38,335 nt of DNA from Octopus bimaculoides (lineage: Eukaryota). The notes under the pieces are model-generated. The model saw only the letters and a list, made by a program, of their open reading frames with translations. It searched no databases and was not told where the DNA came from. Position 1 is the stretch's first letter; each line of letters begins with the position of its first letter. Below are positions 10,395 through 21,600 of this stretch, one piece after another. The position numbers were made by a program, and so were the translations under genes. The DNA is taken from NCBI RefSeq assembly GCF_001194135.2, contig NC_068998.1, positions 31,707,186 through 31,745,520 on the forward strand. Reading direction: 5' to 3'.

Positions 10395-10655
10395 CTGGTA
10401 ATCCAAGCCTGTTTCCTCTTGAATGTTCTGTTTGAATATATTTTGAAATATCAGATGAGTTATCAAGAAAGCACTTATCATTGTGATTTTTGGGTTATTT
10501 TACTGATAAAAAAAACAAAAAAATTTTGTGAGTGACAAGTGCAAAAACAGTTATTTCAAGTTCTCATTTTTCAGTTAATTTCTAGCTTTCTTGGTAATAC
10601 TAAAACCTCATACAAAGAAGGTCACTCTAAGAACTGCCCTCATTGAATTGAGTTG
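10395..10655 (-). repeat. Diverged direct copy of 6085-6350, immediately 5' of the PLE RT
   Basis: Colinear shared blocks with 6085-6350 as listed there. Confidence 0.65.
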
Positions 10656-11981
10656 CTAAAGGAAGTTTTTAAAAACATTTTGAAACTACTGTTTTTACTC
10701 CTGGAACTTGGTTGAAACTCAAAGAGGCTGACACTTATACAATATTTAGCTATGTGTATACAAAGTGTTAATAGTTTAGTTATTTTGTTCACACCTTTAC
10801 TCCTGAAAAACATACTTTTTAAAAAAGTTTTTTGCTCAAACAAAGGTCCACATTACATTTGTGGTTTGAGTTTACTATTCCTGTATGGCTATGCCGTGTC
10901 GACAATCAATCTGGTGATTTTGTATTCATGAGGGTTTACTTCAAATAAGAATCACATAAATTTCAACAAGGCCATAGTGTTTTTTGTTTTTTTTTGTTAA
11001 AGCTAATGAATGAGAATTTATGTTAACCTTCTGCAAACCAAGGTTTTATGCTGACAAAAATTAGTAATATTTCAATCCATAATTCAAATTACAAAAAACA
11101 TTCTGCTAATAAATTTGTGCATGCTTTTCTGAGACATGATGGCAAGCACATCAGATGTAAGATAGCCTCAAGCCTTAGAAAGATACTCCCTCAACCACAC
11201 ACAGCTTGCATATCATGCTGGGAATATTATAAGTACCTTGCAATCAATAAACAGTAATGTTGCTGCAAAAGCTGCAGAACGTTTCACACAATAGATCACT
11301 ACTAACAGATTAACATGGCAAAACCTATACTTTTCTTTATACCTCGATATGGGCCATAGCTTGGAGTTAATACATGTATTATTTGACAACCTATCTCCTT
11401 CTAATATTTTGCACTTGAAAACCCAAGATAGCATTTACAGTCACTCTCATCAATCATGATACTGGAGTGAGCCCTTGTAAAAACAAAAATGAATGCAAAT
11501 CTCACCATCATTTTGATCAAATGGGGACAAGTGTAGAATATCAGCATTCACACATATTCACATGCACACACGCACACGCGCACACGCACACACACACACA
11601 CACNNNNNNNNNNNNNNNNNNNNNNNNNNNNNNNNNNNNNNNNNNNNNNNNNNNNNNNNNNNNNNNNNNNNNNNNNNNNNNNNNNNNNNNNNNNNNNNNN
11701 NNNNNNNNNNNNNNNNNNNNNNNNNNNNNNNNNNNNNNNNNNNNNNNNNNNNNNNNNNNNNNNNNNNNNNNNNNNNNNNNNNNNNNNNNNNNNNNNNNNN
11801 NNNNNNNNNNNNNNNNNNNNNNNNNNNNNNNNNNNNNNNNNNNNNNNNNNNNNNNNNNNNNNNNNNNNNNNNNNNNNNNNNNNNNNNNNNNNNNNNNNNN
11901 NNNNNNNNNNNNNNNNNNNNNNNNNNNNNNNNNNNNNNNNNNNNNNNNNNNNNNNNNNNNNNNNNNNNNNNNTGCCGGCCT

Positions 11982-12040
11982 TGCTACCACGTAACAGGTA
12001 TTTCAGGTCCTTTATCGCAAATATCTGTTACGTGGTAGCA
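11982..12040. repeat. 22-bp inverted repeat with a 15-nt loop (hairpin)
   Basis: TGCTACCACGTAACAGGTATTT (11982-12003) vs AAATATCTGTTACGTGGTAGCA (12019-12040): 21/22 Watson-Crick pairs plus one G.U on the plus strand. Confidence 0.9.
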
Positions 12041-12474
12041 GAGCATGCTAGAAATAACAGCCAAATCTTTCTTTAGAAATGAGATATGTTGAATACACTT
12101 GAGACCTATGAAAAATAACTATTTCATACTAAGATTACGAACAGGTCTTTCACAAAATATTTACCGTATTTTAAAATCATTTTCACTTAAAATATTTTAT
12201 CTATAATAATGTATTTAATGGAAAGGTTAGAATTTCTTCCCTTTCAGGGTTAAGTTATTTTCGGAGTATTTTCCCATTATGCACCGTTTTGGGTATTTAT
12301 ACCTCCCAAACCCCAAATATCTCAATAACCACTGGTCTGATTTACGTGAAACTTGTTTTATTCCATTTGTATTCACATTTCAGGGGCACTTTATTTTCAA
12401 AGTATTTTCCCATTATGTGCTGGTTTTGCTGTGTAACATTGCAAGCAAGCAAGCAAGTTAATTTTAATGTAATA

Positions 12475-13601
12475 TAGATTAAATGATTTCGTTTTCAAAA
12501 TTTAATAGAATCTCCTGAATGAAATTTAATCTTTTATGAATGCCTGCTTTCAAACTGATTGCTGTACTGGTGCAAGCACTTAGAATTGCAAACATAAACA
12601 TTTCGTTTGGTAATTGAAGATATTCCTGTTCAATAGCTACCCTCAATTTGTTGATTGCTGTCAATTTTGTACCATAAACTTTATCTAGTTTAATGGTGTG
12701 AGGTCTAGTAAATATGGAGAATGTTTTACTGAATCTCTTTGTCCACTCCACCTGTTGGCAAAATCTCATCAAAATAGGCCCTTACATTACTATTTCCATT
12801 TGATGGAAATGTAACTCCACATCTTCAAAGTCCTCTTGAATACTTGGCTTGATATTGTCACAGTGAGTTCAAGTAAATGGGATCTGTCACAATACTATCA
12901 AAAAAGAATGGTTCAATTAATCCTTTTACTGATAAGCCACACCATACTGTAACTCCTGGTAAATTAACATAAAGTTTCTCTGTAACATGAGGATTCTCAT
13001 GTTCCTAGGAGGTGCAACATTTAATTTCAACCATGCCTCATCACTCCAAACAATCTTTGTTGGAAAGTGTACATCTACACATCTTGAAAAATACCACTGG
13101 TACAACTTTGGTTTAGATCATCTTCGTTGAGAGCATGGACTGCGAAATATTCTCAGAATGTAACTTTTCTAATGACAGCGTTTCAAAATGCAATAGATGC
13201 TTGATTTTGAAATTCATGTTTCATGACTTGCTTACTGCACAGATTTTCTTGAAATCTTACAATATGTTTCTAGTAACTATTTTTTGTTTTGTGGGATTCA
13301 CTGATCTCTGCAGTTCTGGAATGTGTTTTGTGGACATTTTGAACAGTTCTATCAATTTCAAACTTACTTCTAATTCAAGTAATGGTAAGTTGCATAGGTT
13401 AATCCGTTTGAAACTCCCTCTTAATCTGTCTTTGCTCTTTGACCCTGTTTTCAAACTTCCAGTAACATTTTAGGTTGAATTTCCTTTGTTAAAGCTTAGT
13501 CTGGCCCCTTCATTATTTCAAATGGGTTTAATCTAAAAAAGAAACAAATGAATATTGAGTTATCAGCTCTTAAAGTGTGTATACATTTTTGGGGCACCCT
13601 A
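12475..13601 (-). mobile_element. Tc1/mariner-superfamily fossil (maT/rosa-like), 3' TIR missing
   Basis: [48 protein letters not shown] and VYGTK...LRVAIEQE. 5' end TA-TAGGGTGCCCCAAAAA at 13603-13586. Confidence 0.85.
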
Positions 13602-13641
13602 TATGTATATATATAGATATATGTGTGTATGTATGTATGTA

Positions 13642-13680
<39 letters not shown>

Positions 13681-13972
13681 GTGTGTATGTGTGTGTGTAC
13701 TTGTATATCCTTGTCTTCACATTGTATAATAGTTGTACAGAAATATCACCATCATAAAAGTGATGCCATTCATTTGCAATATTCTGTGCAAATATGTCCG
13801 TTCACGTGGAAATATTACTTCGCTGCAACTGACAACGGAAAGGGTTATAGGCAGTAGAAAATCAACATCAGTAAATTCTGTGTTTTTATCCATGTGGCTG
13901 CCAAGTAAACTTCTTAAATCACTTAGTTATGCCTGCTGTGTAATATGTGTGTGCATACATGTGTTGATATAC

Positions 13973-14013
<41 letters not shown>

Positions 14014-14045
14014 CAGGATGATCATATAGGGTTAGGAGTGAGTAC

Positions 14046-14430
14046 CCTGTGAATGGTCGATGCACCACTGTGGCCATGGTGTAACAAAGCAGAGGTAGTG
14101 TCTAACAACAGCAGTAACAAAAGAACACATACACATGGAAATAAGTTGGAGCAATGGAGGGTCCATTTAAGGCCAGGCTAAATAACCACAGGTCTTCTTT
14201 TAGGATCTCAGTGAGGCACAGCGTTTCAACATTAGTCAGCTATATATGGCGATTACAAGAGGAGGAAACGCTATATAAAATTAACTTGAGTCATATCTCA
14301 ACAGAAGTAGATGGTGTAAACTTTGCTTGGCCAAAAGGACAAGGATCCTAAAAAAATTGTGTGATCCAGGCACCTTTTTGAATTCAAAAAGGGAAATTTT
14401 TAGCCACTGCCCTCATGACAGAAAATTTGT
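14046..14430 (+). mobile_element. Penelope-like GIY-YIG endonuclease remnant
   Basis: PVNGRC, EGPFKARLNNHRSSFR, TLVSYIWRLQEE, CKLCLAKRTRIL. Confidence 0.8.
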
Positions 14431-14845
14431 TTTGGAAACATAGTCTTCTCTGATTGTTGACTAGAGAACATAAAAAAACATATGCAGGCACAGCTGACCC
14501 ACTTCAGCCACTTATATGGAATCATACAAATGGGAGCAACTCTTCTTATCCTCTCAGAAAGTGTTTTGCTTTTCATTTTATTTTACTTTTTTCACTACCA
14601 AAACCGACCAAGATTGTATGTTTAACTCCATTGGTAAAGAGGCTATGTGCTACTAGTGAGCATGTCTGATCATTCATCTATATTTCTCAGTGCAATTGTA
14701 GACACAAAATCAAAGGTAACTTTCTAAACAGTTAAATGCCATAACAAAGGATATACTATTTGAATACATAGAAGTATGCATGCATGCATACATGCATGCA
14801 TGCATACATACATACATATGAATTCATATTCATACCATAGGTGCA

Positions 14846-15205
14846 GGGGTGGCTGTGTGGTAAGCAGCTTGCTTACCAACCACATGGTTTCAGGTTCAGT
14901 CCCATTGTGTGGCACCTTGGGCAAGTGTCTTCTACTATAGTCTGAGGCCGACCAAAGCCTTGTGAGTGGATTTGGTAGACAAAAATTGAAAGAATATATG
15001 TATATGCTTGTATGTCTGTGTTTGTCCCCCCACCATTGCTTGAGAGACAATGTTGGTGTGTTTACATCCCTGTAATTTAGCGGTTAGGCAAGAGAGGCCA
15101 ATAGAATAAGTACTAGGCTTAAAAAAATAAGTCCTGGGATCGATTTGTTCAACTAAAAGGTGGTGCTCCAGAATGGCCGCAGTCAAATGACTGAAACAAA
15201 TAAAA
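14846..15205 (+). mobile_element. SINE family A, full length
   Basis: tRNA-like head, CORE-like block, 3' stem-loop CAGTCA-AA-TGACTG and an A-rich tail. Confidence 0.9.
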
Positions 15206-15378
15206 AAATACCAATAATAATTGGAGCACTAGGTTTTGTTAGTGAATGCTTAAAGGAGAATCTGGATAAACTGGGATTTTCAGAAAGAGAAATCGACTGG
15301 CTGATTTTTACATTACAGGTGCAATCTGTGAGCGGAACAGTAAAAATATGCAAGACTTTTCTCAAGTTCCAAATGTGA
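15200..15378 (+). pseudogene. C-terminus of a restriction-like-endonuclease LINE (R4/Dong-type)
   Basis: IPIIIGALG..SECLKENLDKLG......LQVQSVSGTVKICKTFLKF matches the RLE C-terminal pattern VPVVIGALG....L...L..LG.....LQK.AL.GT..I.R..L. Confidence 0.8.
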
Positions 15379-15477
15379 ATTTGTGTTAACTACATCCCAA
15401 AGATGGAGCCTTGTATCTTTGTTGGAAACCAGCTCCCTTCTCACTGGAATATGTATAATAATTAAAAAATAGAAGTG

Positions 15478-15545
15478 ACATACATACATACATACATACA
15501 TACAAACATACATACAAACAAACAAACAAACAAACAAACAAACAA
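15478..15545. repeat. (TACA)n-(AAAC)n compound microsatellite
   Basis: Read directly from the sequence. Confidence 0.95.
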
Positions 15546-17417
15546 AGTTCATATTGAAAATCTGTAGATGGATAAAATCATAGAATGAAGAATCTTATTT
15601 GTTAATTGCTTGTACATTTTTTCTTGCTGTTTATTCAGATGATCATTGAGTTTTAGATTTCCTGATGATGTATAATATGTGATTAGAGAGCTAACAACAA
15701 GAAACCCACTTGTTCATATGCTTGTAATGACATGAAATGCAAATTTGTTGATCAAAATGATATTGCATGTTATAGAGAAAATCAGGATTTTGCAGTTAAT
15801 TTCCTTATATTAGGTTAAGAAACAAACACTTATGTCAAGAAGAGAAGACTAAGTAGATAGCATTGTAAACGAAAGCATGAAGATAATATGAAAGACTGAT
15901 AAAATGGTAGATAACGTTGCAAAAAGAAAGTTGCAGCTAATATGTAAAAAGAAGAAGGCAATTAATAATGTTATAAAATGCTGAAGTGAGCATGTAAAAA
16001 ACCCAAGATAGGAAGCATATCATATAAAATATGGAAGGGGGTATAGGATATAAAATTGGAAAAGGTAGTAATATTGTAAAAAAGGAAAACAGTTGATAAT
16101 ATTATATCTTGAAGAGGTGGCAGATGATATTGTAATATGAGAAAAACATCCAGACGGTAGAAATTGAATGGAGAAGACAGTATCATATAATAAAGAAAAC
16201 AATTGTCGATATATTAAACTATAGAAGGTAGTTTAAACTATAGAAGGTATTATATGAAAAAAAAAGGTGGAGTAGTAGAAAAACAGAGCACTAGGTTTCT
16301 AAATACTTTGTGCTTTTCAGTTTCATTTATATATTGAGATCCCACTGCCATCACTGGTCTTGTCTTCCGTGTCGCAGATGTTGGTGAAATATGTACCAGT
16401 TATATATTGCAGATATATTAAATGATCCTATACATTTATCCTATACATTTATGATTAGTCTGTTGAAGAGAAAAATTAATTAGAAAAAGAAAGAAAAGTA
16501 GCAGATGTTAAAAGTAGAATATGGCAGGTAGTATGAAATGAAAACTTAAGCAAAAATTATTGTTTAAGAAAAAAATGTGTTGAAGTATTGGACTAAACCC
16601 ATTGCAGTATTCAGTCCTTATAAGATCTGTGATCAAATATTATCTTCTGTTGTTAATAATAGAAGTGTCAAGCAAGTACTCAGATATATTTCGTTGACTA
16701 TGCCTCTCTTATATGAATTTGAGACTTTATGTGCATGAGAGAAATCAGTATAGTAAAACAGCAGACGACATTGTCAAATAAATAAGTGTACAAATAAATA
16801 AATATGTAAATAAGCAAATGATATTGGCTCTCGTAAAGTGAAGTTAGCAAACTACATTTTAAAGGGAGAAGACAACAGACAATATTTTAAGCAGACAATA
16901 TTGACAACTGCTAATATTATGAAATAGAGAAGGTAGGAAACAATATTATAAACAATATTATAAATGCTGGAAGGCAGCAGACAACATTATAAAGTGATGA
17001 AAAGTCACGAGTAACTTAGTGCAAAACCAGTTTATTACAACAATATCAAACAAGCATGATATCATGTCTACCCAAACAACAGAACATTTGGCATCAAACG
17101 TAGGACCAAGAACTGGGGAAAGGAGATTACAATTTATTAAGAACTTGCGTTACAAATAAATAAAGCATCAGATTTCAAACTCTGCCTAAGAATATATGCA
17201 TATGGCTAAATACCTAAAGATGAAAACTGAGCAGATGGAACTCAGAATATAAAAATCTCAAACATCAGGCTAGGAGAATTAAATTCATTTAAAATAGTGT
17301 AATTCTATTAATGGGATATAAATAAATAATAAATCAAGAGAGATAGTAAAACGATGTAAAATATTTGGAAGAGGAAAGGATTAGTGTTAATTGTTTCAGT
17401 GTCTTCCTTCTCTCCAG

Positions 17418-17550
17418 AATATCATTGAACTCAGGGTCAATGCGAGATAAATCAACTTTGTTAAGATTTGTACTCAAAACTGAAGAGGCCAAAAATGCAT
17501 ACAACAAAGTCCCGTTGATTTTGAGACTCATATGTGCTTGTTGCAGAAAG
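17418..17550 (+). CDS. Weak candidate internal coding exon (133 bp), product unknown
   Basis: Acceptor gtcttccttctctccAG, donor AAG/GTGGGG, one open frame (ISLNSGSMRDKSTLLRFVLKTEEAKNAYNKVPLILRLICACCRK). No homology recognised. Confidence 0.15.
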
Positions 17551-17699
17551 GTGGGGTGGATAAAGTTGACAACAGTATATTATTAGCAGTTATTTTAGAA
17601 CTTCAGATTGGCTGGAAATCAAAACAGACTTTGGTATAATGCATGTCTAAATATCTTAAGTTGTAATTTTGGGAATTATGTGCCTCGTTTTTAATCTAT

Positions 17700-17915
17700 G
17701 TCTTTTACGTTAGCATGGCGGGCGAAATGCTTAGGGATATTTTGTCTATCTTTATGTTCTGAGTTCAAATTCTGCCGAGGTCGAATTTGCCTTTCATCCT
17801 TTCGGGGTCGATAAATTAAGTACTAGTTGTGTACTAGGGTCGATCTAATCAACTGGCCCCCTCCCCCAAAATTTCTGGCCTTGTGCTTAGAGTAGAAAAG
17901 AATATTTTACTTTAC
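17700..17915 (+). mobile_element. SINE family B (tRNA head plus a Deu/Nin-like central domain)
   Basis: Box B-like GAGTTCAAATTC, then GAGGTCGAATTTGCCTTTCATCCTTTCGGGGTCGATAAATTAAGTAC. Partial copies at 2900 and 26560. Domain name is from memory. Confidence 0.8.
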
Positions 17916-18144
17916 CTATTTCCCTCATAATACTGCAAATATGCTGGGGCAGTGCCTTGAAGAGTTTAGTCAAACAACTCAACCACAAGTACCTATTTTT
18001 TTTATAGTCTGGTATTCTGGTATTTTTCTCAGTCTCCTTTGACAAAACCACTGAGTTACAGAGATAGAAAACCAACAGTGTGTGTGTTGTGTGTGTGCAT
18101 TTGACAAACATAAAGACATACATATACGTATATATATATTTACA

Positions 18145-18530
18145 GGCTTGGCTGTGTGAGTGAGAAGCTTGCTTCCCAACTACATGGTTTTAAGTTCTGT
18201 GCCAGTGTGTGGCACTTGGGTAAGTGCCTTCTACTATAGCCCTGGGCTGATAAAAGCCTTGTGAATGGATTTGGTAATAAATACAAACTGAAAGAAGACC
18301 ATTGTGTGTATATATATGTATGTGTGTGTCTTTCTGTGTTTGTCCTTCACCACTGCTTAAACAATCAAACTAATGTTTGATTGTTTATATCATGTAACTT
18401 AGTGGTTTGACAAAGTGATCAATAGAATAAGGACTTGGCTTTAACAAATAAGTAATGGGGTCAATTTGCTCAACTAGAACCCTTCAAAGCACTGCCCCAG
18501 CATGACCACAAGTAAAAGATAAAATATATA
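18145..18530 (+). mobile_element. SINE family A, full length, diverged
   Basis: Colinear with 14846-15205. Confidence 0.85.
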
Positions 18531-18944
18531 TGATGTGTCGTTTGTGTCTACCAAATTAATTCACAAGGTACCATTTAACCTGGGTTTAGAGTAGAAAACA
18601 GTTGTACAAGGTGCTGCACAGTTGGCCTGAATTCCAATACTATGAAGTTGCAAAGTGCTCCTATCATTCTGAGGTATCTTATACCTATCACCATGATCAT
18701 CATTGTCATCTTCACCATTATCAATTTTATGTTTACTTGTCTCATTCTGGCATGATTGGATAATAGTTCTTGGGATACTGTTCAACAACCAAATACCTCT
18801 TCCTGAGGACAATGCCTTATTTGTTTCTCAAAGAAGGTATCATTGCATGTTAAATTGCTACAAAAAATATTTTGTGTATGACTTAGAAATTAATGTCACT
18901 CTTACTGAAATGATGTCATTACAAACACACACACACACACTCAT

Positions 18945-19060
18945 ACACAGGTTGTTGGCTTGGGTGTGTGGTAAGAAGATCAGTTCCCAATCATATAGTT
19001 TTGGGTTCAGCCCCAATGGATGCACCTTAGGCAAGTGTCTTCTATTTATGTCTCAGTGAA
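18945..19060 (+). mobile_element. SINE family A, 5' fragment
   Basis: GTGTGTGGTAAGAAG...GGGTTCAGCCCC...CACCTTAGGCAAGTGTCTTCTA. Confidence 0.7.
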
Positions 19061-19287
19061 GTTCCTGGAATAAATCTATGGATAAAAACAGGTAACCTAA
19101 ACTGTGCTGGTGCTTTACTCATCATCTATTTATATATTTTGTATAATTTTTCCATGTATATATATACATACATATATNNNNNNNNNNNNNNNNNNNNNNN
19201 NNNNNNNNNNNNNNNNNNNNNNNNNNNNNNNNNNNNNNNNNNNNNNNNNNNNNNNNNNNNNNNNNNNNNNNNNNNNNTATATATATA

Positions 19288-19435
19288 TCATCATCATCAT
19301 CATTGTTTAACGTCTGCCTTCCATGCTGGCATGTGTTGGATGGTTTGACAGGAGCTAGCCAGGCAGGAGCCTGCGCCAGATTTCTGTGTCTGTTTTGCCA
19401 GGGTTTTATGATTGGGTGCCTTTCCTAACACCAAC
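19288..19435 (-). mobile_element. RTE-type 3' tail
   Basis: (CAT)n-TGTTTAACGTCTGCCTTCCATGCTGGCATG, homologous to 7712. Confidence 0.75.
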
Positions 19436-19469
19436 AAATATATATATAAGGGTGAGGGGCTGTTTACCT

Positions 19470-19665
19470 CTTCTTGCCTTGACATCATGTGATAGTTGTA
19501 AATGAGTGTTACCATTATGAAAACAGTGCCTTTCATCTCCAATCTTCATGAAAACATGGCAGCAAATGTGGGCTGGTGACAGGAAGGACATCTGGCTGCG
19601 GAAAATCTGCTTCAACAAATTCCATCTGACCCATGCAGACATGGAAAAGTGGATGTTAATAATAA
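19470..19665 (+). mobile_element. RTE-tailed repeat, plus orientation
   Basis: Ends GGAAGGACATCTGGCTG...CCCATGCAGACATGGAAAAGTGGATGTTAATAATAAT, the reverse-complement homolog of the tail at 19288. Confidence 0.6.
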
Positions 19666-19679
19666 TTTTGTATATATTC

Positions 19680-19745
19680 TTTAATCCTTTGATTCCGTTA
19701 CTTGTTTCAGTCATTTGACTGTGGCCATGCTCAAGCACTGCCATA
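19680..19745 (-). mobile_element. SINE family A, 3' tail fragment
   Basis: TTACTTGTTTCAGTCATTTGACTGTGGCCATGCT is the reverse complement of the family A tail. Confidence 0.7.
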
Positions 19746-19747
19746 CT

Positions 19748-19787
<40 letters not shown>

Positions 19788-20019
19788 TGTGTGTGTGTGT
19801 GCATGTATGTACCATCAATTTAACATCCACATATCCGTACTTTCAGGGGCTTGGTGAAATTCATTTGGGTCGATTTTCTAAGGCGGGACACTCCTTTTGC
19901 CAAATATTACTTGTCTCTAATTAAGGAAATATTATCTCAAGTTCTTTGAATATAAAAACCAGAAACTGGACATATTTTCATAAAAGATTGAAATTGCACA
20001 TTTGTCTGCCCATCTCCTT

Positions 20020-20165
20020 GTAGTTTCCATCTACCCATTCAACTGACAAGGCTTTAACTGGCCCAAGCCATACTTGAAGACACATGCTTAAAGTGCCTTG
20101 CACTGGGATTGAACCAAAACCTATGTTGTTGCAAAGCAGACTTCTGAACCCCACATTTGCTGTGC
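20020..20165 (-). mobile_element. SINE family A, 5' fragment
   Basis: GAAGACACATGCTTAAAGTGCC...CTGGGATTGAACC is the reverse complement of the head. Confidence 0.7.
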
Positions 20166-20199
20166 TTGAGAAAACCCATTTATCTAAGCAAAAACGAGG

Positions 20200-20830
20200 C
20201 CCTGAAAACATATCGCTTATATCTCTGCCATTGTCCTGGACGAATTCCCACCACACCTTCCCCTCCATCACTCTTCTGTCTATTCACTTCACTCAGCTGA
20301 TGTAACTATGAGAATAGGACTGCACATATTTTATCTCTTTACCACTACCCTCGCTGGAACCATTTTCTCATGCATTCTCAGTATCAGCCCATACCGCCTT
20401 ATTCTCCATTGACTGCCCTTTTCATCTCCCCTTTTCTGAACACCCTGTTACTTTGATTAGTCTGTCACTCTTTCTACCATGATGTACCTCTGATTTCCTC
20501 CATGGCACTGTGCATCTTTCCAGCACCCTATCACCTTTCACACTTCACATCATCTTTGCTGTCACCTACTAACATTCCTGACGTACCATTCCCTCCACTG
20601 ATGTTCATGATTGACCACACTCCCATCATGTTTACCATCCTCTGTGTTCCCCTTTATCCCCATCCCTATCTATGTGTCACTCTTCTTCACACTCCCATGA
20701 ACTTATTTACCCACCCATACCACTTCTCTTCTATTCATCTTGTAACTGGAGGGTGCTCACTGATACTTATTCACCACCATCAGCAGTATTTCCCAACAGG
20801 AGTAACCATATATCTTCCTATTGCATGACA
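20200..20830 (-). mobile_element. Heavily decayed LINE (RTE-like) fragment
   Basis: Purine-rich minus strand with RYGLILRMHE resembling RWYGHVLRM.E. Weak. Confidence 0.3.
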
Positions 20831-20929
20831 CCTGTTCCTGTCCTTCGGTCATACTTTAATTTATCATCACTTGACATATAAACCCCACCCCTCAGGACTA
20901 TTACCACACTCATTTGAAGGTGTCTAGTT

Positions 20930-21155
20930 GTGTGAATTACATGGCAATATCACTAGTGTCAGTGCCATGATAAAGTTCTGAGTACATTCTGCAAAAGAGG
21001 TTGGTTTACAAAGGGCATCTAGCTGCAGAAACCATGCCAAAAAAGATTGGAGTTTGGTGCAGTCATTTGGCTTGCTAGCTCCTGTCAAACTGTCCAATCC
21101 ATGCCACCATGGAAAACAAATTTTAAATGATGATGATGATGATGATAATAATGAT
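20930..21155 (+). mobile_element. RTE 3' tail, plus orientation
   Basis: GGGCATCTAGCTGCAGAAACC...GTCAAACTGTCCAATCCATGCCACCATGGAAAA followed by (ATG)n. Confidence 0.7.
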
Positions 21156-21185
21156 GATACTTACATACACTCACATGCACATATA

Positions 21186-21361
21186 GATGTGGCTGTGTGG
21201 TAAGAAGTTTGCTTCCCAATCACATGGTTGTAGATTCAGTCCCACTGTGTGACACCTGGGGAAAGTGTTTTCTACGGCAGCCTTGAGCTGACCAAAGCCT
21301 TGTGAGTGGATTTGATAGATGGCAACTGAAAGAAGCCCATTGTATATGTGTGTGCATGTGT

Positions 21362-21403
<42 letters not shown>

Positions 21404-21600
21404 GCTTGCCCACCACCACACTGCTTAACAACTGGTGTGTTTACATCACTATAATTTAGTGGTTTAACAAAAGAGACCAATAGAATAAGTACCAGGCTTA
21501 AAAAAATAAGTGCAGGGGTTGATTCATTTCACTAAAATTGTTCAAGTTGTACTCCAGCATGGCCTCAATCTAAGGACTGAAACAAATATAAGATAAAAGT
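21186..21600 (+). mobile_element. SINE family A, full length with internal (TG)n
   Basis: Colinear with 14846-15205. Confidence 0.9.

Noticed and set aside
16310-16420. Small GC-richer island as a host exon
   Set aside because: Splice sites are ambiguous on both strands and no peptide is recognisable.
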